Below the pieces are notes generated by a model. That model was not told where the DNA came from. It ran no database searches and saw only the letters and a list, made by a program, of their open reading frames with translations. From Candidatus Daviesbacteria bacterium RIFCSPHIGHO2_01_FULL_41_45 (lineage in GTDB: Bacteria; Patescibacteriota; Microgenomatia; Daviesbacterales; UBA10151): a stretch of DNA of 52,519 nucleotides. Position numbers and translations under genes: made by a program. This document shows positions 45,333 through 52,519 of the stretch, piece after piece (position 1 is the stretch's first letter; each line of letters begins with the position of its first letter). Where the stretch lies: the NCBI GenBank assembly GCA_001776975.1, contig MFCS01000022.1:1-52519 (forward strand). Direction: 5' to 3'.

Positions 45333-48300
45333 TTACTGATCCATCCGAGCTCTATCCGCAGAGGTTGGAATCAGCTTGCCAATTATAACGTTTTCCTTCA
45401 ACCCTAACAACTTATCTACCTTGCCCTGGGAAGCAGCATCAGCCAAAATGGTGGTTGTCTCTTGGAAAGAAGCTGCTGATAAGAACGACTCAGTTAACAA
45501 TGAGGCTCTAGTAATTCCCAATATTACCACGGTCGCAGTTGCCGGATCTCCACCCTCAGCTAACACCCGCTGATTCTCCTCTTCAAATCTCACTCGGTCA
45601 ATTATCTCCCCTGGCAGCAAGTTGGTGTCTCCTTGAGACTCAACTCTGACCTTATCAGACATCTTGCGTACAACTACCTCAAAGTGTTTCTCATTAATCG
45701 GTACCCCTTGGGAGGCATAGACGTCGCGAACTGCATCAACAATATATCTTTGAGCTTCTTTTAAGCCTCTAACCCTAACAATCTCTTTAATATCCAAGTG
45801 CCCGGATGATAACTGAGTTCCTGCAGAGATCAGTTGTCCGTCCTCAACTAAAAGCTGCAACGAGGCCGGAATGACATACTCTCTCTCCTCATATGGCTTG
45901 GTGGTAGTTCTAATTCTGATCTTAACTCCCGAATCTTCCCCTTCAATAATCGTCACCTTTCCAGCAATCTCAGATAACGGTGAGGTATTTTTGGGAGTTC
46001 TAGCCTCGAATAACTCCTCAACTCGAGGCAAACCCATGGTAATATCTAGACCTTTAATACCACCTGAATGGAAGGTTCTCATAGTTAACTGAGTACCTGG
46101 CTCACCAATTGATTGAGCAGCTACCACCCCAACCGGTACGCCGATCGCTACCAATTTACGGGTTGTGAAATCCCATCCGTAGCACTTAGCACAAAGCCCG
46201 AATTTAGTCTTGCAGGTCAACGGCGAGAAGACCGCAAGTTGTGAGACTTTAGTTTCTAGGATAACTGCCAAAGCTGCCTCATCCAAAAACTCACCGGCAT
46301 CGATTAAGGTCTTTTTAGTCTTTGGATCTACCACCTTGGCTGCTAATTTTCTGCCTAAGAATCTAGATTGGATAAAAGATGCCGTCTCTGGAACTTCCAA
46401 AGCTGCTCCTTCTGTATCCCGACATTCACCGAGTCTAATAATCACATCATGGGCAACATCAACCAAGCGTCGGGTGAGGTATCCGGCATCAGCAGTCTTC
46501 AAAGCCTTGTCAGCCACACCTTTTCTGGCTCCTCTAGCGGAGGTAAAATACTCAAAAACTCTAAATCCTTGCCTATAATTTGATTTAGCAGGCAATTCGA
46601 CAATCTTGCCGGTTGGATCAACCGAGAATCCTCTCATTCCGGAGAGCTGTTTAATCTGTTCTGATGTAGCCCGGGCTCCACCTGACTTCATAATTATATT
46701 AACCGGATTATCAGCAGATAGGGAACCTAAGGTCTTTTTAGCTATCTCATCTCCAATTCTGGTCCAAATCTCCTCTGATAAAATCCGCTTTTCTGAATCG
46801 GTAATTAAACCCTTTTTAAGATTGTCCTCAACCTCCTCAATCTCTTTATCCCCTGCTTTGATCATGTCATCCTTTTCTGGAATAATGGTATTATCAAATA
46901 CCCCCAAAGACAGTCCTGAGACCGTTGATCCCCAAAAACCAAAATCCTTTAAATCGTCTATTAACTCCACCACTCTAACCTTTTCGTATTTATTAAAGGC
47001 TCGCATGACGATCTCTTGAATCCCTCGTCCACCGACTGTCTCATTCATAAACCACATCTCTTTTGGCAAAATTCTATTAAAGAAGATTCTTCCCACAGTT
47101 GATTCAACAACCTGTCCCGGAGCAATCCGCACCATAATCTTCTGACGGAAATTTATCCTGCCTGTGTGATAAGCTAAAACCGCTTCCTCCATATTAAAAG
47201 CTGTTTCAGTGATAGCCGGGATATTTTCATTCACGGAAGTAGCATAGTAAGTTCCCAGTGCCATCTCCCGGTTAGGAATAGTGACGGGTTGTCCAGAGGC
47301 AGGCTTTAAGATATTTTCTTTGGCCATCATTAGCTCTCTAGCCTCAGCTTGTGCCTCTTTGGAGAGTGGGACGTGAACCGCCATTTGATCTCCGTCAAAG
47401 TCAGCTCCAAAACCGGTACAAACACAAGGATGGATTTGAATTGCTGATCCATCAATCAACACCGGATAAAAAGCTTGGATTCCTAAGCGATGTAGAGTGG
47501 GAGCCCGGTTGATAAGAACCGGGTGACCCTTAATAACATCCTCCAAGATATCCCAAACCTCAATTGGGCGTAACTCTAAAATATTTTTAGCTCCCTTAAT
47601 ATTAGCTGCTAAACCTCTGCCGATGACCTCACGCAAGACAAACGGCTTAAACATCTCCAGAGCCATCTCTTTGGGTAACCCAACCTGATCAAGCTTTAAT
47701 TGTGGGCCCACCACGATAACCGAACGGCCGGAGTAATCAACCCGCTTACCAAGTAAATTCTGCCTAAACCTACCCTGTTTCCCGCGTAGCATATCAGAAA
47801 GCGATCTTAATTGATGGTCACCACCACGCCTGGCAGTTCGTAGATTAGAATCTATTAAAGCATCAACTGCTTCCTGGAGCATCCGTTTTTCATTTCGCAA
47901 GATAATCTCTGGAGCCCCCAGGTCAATTAATCTCTTCAGCCGGTTATTGCGGTTAATTACTCGGCGGTATAGATCATTTAAATCGGAAGTAGCAAATCTT
48001 CCTCCTGGTAATTGCACCATCGGGCGAAGATCCGGTGGTAAAACTGGCAAAATGCTTAATATCATCCAAGCAGGTTCCATACCTGCTCCCCGCATCCCTT
48101 CAACCACTCTTAATCTTTTAGTAGCTTTGATATGGCGCTGACCAGATGTTTTTCTGACCTCATCACGTAAGTTGGCTGAAAGCTTATCAAGATCAATTTG
48201 ACCCAAAACCTCAAGTACCCCCTCTGCTCCCATCCCAACCACCAAAAATTCCGCCACTCCATACTCATCTAGCTTCAGGTACTCATCCTCTGAGAGAACT

Positions 48301-49037
48301 CTCATGGGATTAATACTCTTCACCAAATCCGCAACAGCTTTAAGTATCTGATCCAACTGTCCTTGCTCAATTACCAAACCATCCCTCTTCTTTTGCATAT
48401 CCTGTTTGGTTTGCAACTCCAGCTCTTGGGACTCTAAATCAAATCTCTCTTTACCACCAGTGGTTTTTTTCAACTCTGAGAGCTGTTTTTTCATCTCACT
48501 CTCAGCTTCAGCAATTCTTTTATTTAAGTTCTCTGCAGCTAATTTTTTCTTAGCCTCGTTATCTTTTTCTAATTTCTCCAGAGCCTCTGCCTTAGCCTCA
48601 ACATTAACCGAGGTTACTAAATATGAAGCAAAGTAGATAATTGACTCTAAGCTCTTTAAAGATAAATCTAAAATTAGTGATAATTTAGAAGGAGCTCCCT
48701 TAACAAACCAGTTGTGAGCGACCGGAGCAGCTAGGGTAATATGTCCCATCCTCTCTCGTCTGACCTTGGATTGGGTAACTTCTACTCCACACTTATCACA
48801 GATTACCCCTCTATATCTGATTCTTTTATATTTTCCACAGTAACACTCGTAATCCTTAGTTGGACCAAAAATATTCTCAGCAAATAAACCATCTTTTTCC
48901 GGTTTTAAGGTGCGATAATTAATAGTTTCCGGTTTGGTAATCTCTCCAAATGACCACTGCTTGATCTGCTCTGGGGAAGAGATAGTTACCTGCAACCCTT
49001 CAAAATCTAATAAATCTGTTGTTTGTTGTGGGTTCAT
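45333..49037 (-). CDS. rpoC: RNA polymerase subunit beta'
   Basis: Zn finger CYCGKY...CDKCG, GKRVDYSGR, ADFDGD, GEPGTQLTMRTFH, GLKENVIIG. Confidence 0.99.
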   Translation of the reverse strand: MNPQQTTDLLDFEGLQVTISSPEQIKQWSFGEITKPETINYRTLKPEKDGLFAENIFGPTKDYECYCGKYKRIRYRGVICDKCGVEVTQSKVRRERMGHITLAAPVAHNWFVKGAPSKLSLILDLSLKSLESIIYFASYLVTSVNVEAKAEALEKLEKDNEAKKKLAAENLNKRIAEAESEMKKQLSELKKTTGGKERFDLESQELELQTKQDMQKKRDGLVIEQGQLDQILKAVADLVKSINPMRVLSEDEYLKLDEYGVAEFLVVGMGAEGVLEVLGQIDLDKLSANLRDEVRKTSGQRHIKATKRLRVVEGMRGAGMEPAWMILSILPVLPPDLRPMVQLPGGRFATSDLNDLYRRVINRNNRLKRLIDLGAPEIILRNEKRMLQEAVDALIDSNLRTARRGGDHQLRSLSDMLRGKQGRFRQNLLGKRVDYSGRSVIVVGPQLKLDQVGLPKEMALEMFKPFVLREVIGRGLAANIKGAKNILELRPIEVWDILEDVIKGHPVLINRAPTLHRLGIQAFYPVLIDGSAIQIHPCVCTGFGADFDGDQMAVHVPLSKEAQAEARELMMAKENILKPASGQPVTIPNREMALGTYYATSVNENIPAITETAFNMEEAVLAYHTGRINFRQKIMVRIAPGQVVESTVGRIFFNRILPKEMWFMNETVGGRGIQEIVMRAFNKYEKVRVVELIDDLKDFGFWGSTVSGLSLGVFDNTIIPEKDDMIKAGDKEIEEVEDNLKKGLITDSEKRILSEEIWTRIGDEIAKKTLGSLSADNPVNIIMKSGGARATSEQIKQLSGMRGFSVDPTGKIVELPAKSNYRQGFRVFEYFTSARGARKGVADKALKTADAGYLTRRLVDVAHDVIIRLGECRDTEGAALEVPETASFIQSRFLGRKLAAKVVDPKTKKTLIDAGEFLDEAALAVILETKVSQLAVFSPLTCKTKFGLCAKCYGWDFTTRKLVAIGVPVGVVAAQSIGEPGTQLTMRTFHSGGIKGLDITMGLPRVEELFEARTPKNTSPLSEIAGKVTIIEGEDSGVKIRIRTTTKPYEEREYVIPASLQLLVEDGQLISAGTQLSSGHLDIKEIVRVRGLKEAQRYIVDAVRDVYASQGVPINEKHFEVVVRKMSDKVRVESQGDTNLLPGEIIDRVRFEEENQRVLAEGGDPATATVVILGITRASLLTESFLSAASFQETTTILADAASQGKVDKLLGLKENVIIGKLIPTSADRARMDQ

Positions 49038-49052
49038 AGTGTTGTTTTTAAA

Positions 49053-52000
49053 TTACTCCTCTCCTTTCTCTTCGACCGCTAAATTCTGTGCCATCTGCTC
49101 TTGCAAGTCTACAACTGGGATTGATTCCAACTCCTCCGCTGTACCTGTCTCTGTTACCTCTAGGACCTCCTTTAACTCTGCAACGCTCTGATCTATCTGT
49201 TTCTGAGCTGCCTCTGACTCCTCAGTTACTGGTGCCTCCTCAACTGTTTCAATCTTGGGATTAATTGTTCTAACATTAATATTCAACGATTGTAACTCCT
49301 TGACCAACACCTTAAATGATTCAGGAACAGAGGGTTGGGGAATATCCTCACCCTGGATAATGGCTTGATAAGCCCTGGTTCTATTTACCACATCATCTGA
49401 TTTGGTAGTTAACATCTCCTGCAAAATATAGGCTGCACCGTACGCCTCTAATGCCCAAACCTCCATCTCTCCCAAGCGCTGACCACCCATCTGAGCTTTT
49501 CCACCAAGAGGTTGTTGAGTTACCATTGAGTATGGTCCAGTTGAACGGGCATGCTGTTTATCCTCTACCATGTGTATTAACTTCAAAAAGTAGGATTTGC
49601 CTACAGTAATATCTTGATCAAAGTACTCTCCAGTTCTTCCATCTACCAGCTTCATCTTTCCCGAGACAGGTAGGTTAGCTTTCTTAAGCTCCTCAATCAC
49701 CACATCCTCTGGAACCTTTTCAAACACCGGTGCAGCTATCTTGTAGTCTAACTTTGTGGCTGCCATCCCTAAGTGGGTTTCTAGTAATTGCCCTAAATTC
49801 ATACGAGAAAGGATTGTCACTGGAGAGATAATAATATCAATTGGAGTACCATCCTCCATATGAGGCATGTCTTCTTGAGCCACAATTTTGGAGATAACCC
49901 CTTTGTTACCGTGTCGACCAGCTAATTTATCGCCAACTGTCACCTTTCTTAGTTGAGCTACCTTAACCTTAATTCTCTTCAGAGTACCAGCATCAAGCTC
50001 ATCACCCTCAGCTCGAGATAAAACATGAATTCCAGTAACAATTCCCCGCTCGCCGTGTGGCATTCTTAGTGAAGTATCTCTAACCTCTTTAGCTTTTTCT
50101 CCGAAGATAGCTCTAAGTAGTCTTTCTTCAGCCGTTAGCTCGGTCTCACCTTTTGGCTGAACTTTTCCAACCAATATATCATTTGGTCCAACGTTAGCTC
50201 CAACTCGGATAATCCCACCCTCATCTAGATTCCCTAAAGCCTCTTCGGAAACGTTGGGGATATCACGGGTTAGCTCATCTGGTCCCAGTTTAGTCTCAAC
50301 CACATCAGAGATGTACTCTTCAATATGAATCGAGGTTAAGGTATCTTGTTTGACCATTCTGTCGGAGATAACGATGGCATCTTCATATCCCAAACCTTCA
50401 TAATTCATGTAGGCTATCAATAAATTCTGTCCCAAAGCGAGCTCTCCATTATCGGTGGCTGTTCCGTCAACTAATAGATCTCCAGTTTTAACCTTCTGGC
50501 CAATTTTCGCTGCCGGACTCTGAGAATAACAGGTACTCTCAGGAGTGTTGACAAACTTTTTAATCTCAAAAGTGGCCTCTTCTTTTTTACCGCTCAAAGT
50601 TAGTTTATCGGCATCAACATAGCTCACTACTCCGTCAAAAGGGGCCCTAATAACCCGACCCATATTATCAGCAACTACTCTTTCCATGCCAGTTCCCACC
50701 ACCGGTGAATCAGGTATTAATAAAGGTACTGCTTGATTTTGCATGTGTGATCCCATTAAAGCCCGATTAGCATCATCGTGTGCTAAAAAGGCAATTAACG
50801 AGGCAGAAATTCCTACCACCTGTTGCGGGGCTACATCAATCAGTTGCACTCGGTCTGCGTCTGATTCAAAAAAGCTGCCATTAAATCTAACTGGTACTCT
50901 CTTTTGAGTCAAAAATCCATCCTCATCAACCGGAATGGTTGCTTCAGTAATATAATAATCTTCCTCGTCATCAGCTGTCATATAAGTAATCTCGTCTGTT
51001 ACCTTTGATCTACCACCTATTAAGGTCACTTTTTTATAAGGAGTCTGTAAAAATCCATACTCATCTACCTTCGAATAAAGGGCTAGGTAAGTGACCAATC
51101 CGATGTTTTGTCCTTCTGGGGACCTAATCGGGTCAATTCTACCGTATTGAGAATGATTGATATCGCGGATCGAGAAAGAGGCTCTCTCGCGGGTAATACC
51201 GCCCTGGCCGGTAACAGTTAGTCTTCTTAAGTGATCTACCTCTGACAAGGGGTTGGTTTGATCTAAAATTTGAGATAACTGAGAAGATCGGAAAAATTCA
51301 TTCACAGCAGCGATAATCGGCCGGGCGTTGACTAAACTACCAGGATTAATCTCAATGTCAGCTGACAGCAAAGACATTCTTTCTTTGATAACCCTCTCGA
51401 GCCTGAGTAGCCCTACCCAAAAAGCGTTCTGAGCCACTAATTCTCCTACCCTTCTAACCCGGCGGTTAGCTAGATGATCAATATCATCAACCTTACCAGC
51501 TCCATTTTGTAAGTTGATTAAATATTTTAAAGTAGAAACTATATCTTCTTTAGTTAAAATCCAATTTTCCGGAGTATTGGGGACATCCAGATTTAATTTC
51601 TTGTTGATCTTGTACCTACCCACTCGGGTCAGATCATAACGGCGGTTGTTGAAAAACATACCGTTAATTAAATTCTTAGCTGATTCTAAAACTACTGGGT
51701 CACCCGGCCTCATCTTTCTGAATATCTCCAAAAGCGCTTCATCGGTGTTTTTAGTTAGATCTTTATCTAAAGTTATCTCCATAAACTTGGTATCTTCAGA
51801 TGTATCAACATCCTTAAATAACTCTCTTAAAACTTCATCCTCTGAATAACCCAAGGCTCTTAAAAAGGTGGTAGCAGCAAACTTGCGACGTCTATCAATT
51901 TTAACCATCAGAACTCCGGTGCGAGAAACTGAGAACTCTAACCATGATCCATGTGAAGGTCTTAGTTCAGCTGAGTGTAATACCTTAGCAGTGATTGGGT

Positions 52001-52457
52001 CAGCAGTAGCTGAGAAAAATACCCCTGGGGCTCTGACAATTTGATTAACTACTACCCTCTCAATACCGTTGATAATAAAAGTTCCCTTAGAGGTCATGAG
52101 GGGGATGTCCCCTAAAAACACCTCCTGTTTATACTCTTCGTTAGTTTGTAAATTATTTAAGATCACCTTAACTCTCAGTGGGGCATCATATGAAACACCT
52201 TTTAAAACACACTTTTCGGGGGAAAAACGGGATTTACCTAAAACATATTCACCAAACTCTAACTTCCAATTTTTGCCGGTAAAATCTATTACCGGATTAA
52301 TCGAGGCAATAATTTCACCTATGCCCTCTTTGGTAAACCACTCATAAGACTCCCGTTGCAAGGAGGTCAGATCAAAACTTTTATTAGCCAAATCAGGGCG
52401 GTGACCCCAATAGGTTCTCAGACCATATGTTTGATGTGGTGCGCTTGTCTCAGGCAT
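49053..52457 (-). CDS. rpoB: RNA polymerase subunit beta
   Basis: FIINGIERV, HDDANRALMG, GDKLAGRHGNKG, GGQRLGEME. Confidence 0.99.
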   Translation of the reverse strand: MPETSAPHQTYGLRTYWGHRPDLANKSFDLTSLQRESYEWFTKEGIGEIIASINPVIDFTGKNWKLEFGEYVLGKSRFSPEKCVLKGVSYDAPLRVKVILNNLQTNEEYKQEVFLGDIPLMTSKGTFIINGIERVVVNQIVRAPGVFFSATADPITAKVLHSAELRPSHGSWLEFSVSRTGVLMVKIDRRRKFAATTFLRALGYSEDEVLRELFKDVDTSEDTKFMEITLDKDLTKNTDEALLEIFRKMRPGDPVVLESAKNLINGMFFNNRRYDLTRVGRYKINKKLNLDVPNTPENWILTKEDIVSTLKYLINLQNGAGKVDDIDHLANRRVRRVGELVAQNAFWVGLLRLERVIKERMSLLSADIEINPGSLVNARPIIAAVNEFFRSSQLSQILDQTNPLSEVDHLRRLTVTGQGGITRERASFSIRDINHSQYGRIDPIRSPEGQNIGLVTYLALYSKVDEYGFLQTPYKKVTLIGGRSKVTDEITYMTADDEEDYYITEATIPVDEDGFLTQKRVPVRFNGSFFESDADRVQLIDVAPQQVVGISASLIAFLAHDDANRALMGSHMQNQAVPLLIPDSPVVGTGMERVVADNMGRVIRAPFDGVVSYVDADKLTLSGKKEEATFEIKKFVNTPESTCYSQSPAAKIGQKVKTGDLLVDGTATDNGELALGQNLLIAYMNYEGLGYEDAIVISDRMVKQDTLTSIHIEEYISDVVETKLGPDELTRDIPNVSEEALGNLDEGGIIRVGANVGPNDILVGKVQPKGETELTAEERLLRAIFGEKAKEVRDTSLRMPHGERGIVTGIHVLSRAEGDELDAGTLKRIKVKVAQLRKVTVGDKLAGRHGNKGVISKIVAQEDMPHMEDGTPIDIIISPVTILSRMNLGQLLETHLGMAATKLDYKIAAPVFEKVPEDVVIEELKKANLPVSGKMKLVDGRTGEYFDQDITVGKSYFLKLIHMVEDKQHARSTGPYSMVTQQPLGGKAQMGGQRLGEMEVWALEAYGAAYILQEMLTTKSDDVVNRTRAYQAIIQGEDIPQPSVPESFKVLVKELQSLNINVRTINPKIETVEEAPVTEESEAAQKQIDQSVAELKEVLEVTETGTAEELESIPVVDLQEQMAQNLAVEEKGEE

Positions 52458-52519
52458 CAGTTTTTTGCTTTCTTAGGGCAGATGAGCAAAACAACAAAAA
52501 GAAGCATACTTTCCCTAGT

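Noticed and set aside
2529-52347. Many 60-137 aa ORFs antisense or out of frame within comM, rny, recA, ribosomal-protein genes, tuf, fusA and rpoBC
   Set aside because: Fully nested in conserved genes, Ser-rich shadow composition, no motifs or start signals
1-52519. CRISPR array, rRNA, tmRNA, SRP RNA, introns or inteins
   Set aside because: No regularly spaced repeats or signature sequences seen; RecA, RpoB and RpoC are uninterrupted
1-52519. DGR template repeat, reverse transcriptase or avd
   Set aside because: No second copy of the VR and no RT-like ORF found by eye; the CAATTGGGCG match at about 47561 is short and lies inside rpoC
1-52519. Alternative genetic code (UGA read as Gly)
   Set aside because: Conserved genes such as miaA, rpoA, rpsE and fusA end at TGA at expected lengths and have no internal TGA

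Overview
A roughly 40% GC bacterial chromosome segment using genetic code 11. It is very likely Patescibacteria/CPR (Microgenomates-like): rpmD is absent from the spc operon, ribosomal proteins carry long tails, and starts are mostly SD-less or leaderless. Most of the window (18.5-52.5 kb, minus strand) is the rpoB-rpoC-str-S10-spc-alpha-rplM/rpsI superoperon. It is interrupted by a Gre N-terminal-domain-only gene before fusA, a divergent purD between secY and adk, orphan ORFs, and a 3.6-kb IS1-family-derived element between rpsJ and rplC. That element has 19-bp perfect TIRs, an 8-bp TSD and a truncated transposase. Its cargo includes a 664-aa protein ending in what looks like a diversity-generating-retroelement variable region; I found no template repeat or reverse transcriptase in the window. 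The left third holds comM, rnpB, miaA, a TrpR-like regulator with a candidate operator, hup, rny-recX-recA, tRNA-Pro(GGG), a Cys-free family-4 UDG, a phosphomannomutase, and metK behind a SAM-I-type riboswitch. Other oddities are the RNAP beta' catalytic motif GADFDGD, a long structured rplC leader RNA, and a duplicated two-gene secreted/membrane module. All family assignments come from motif recognition; no database searches were run.
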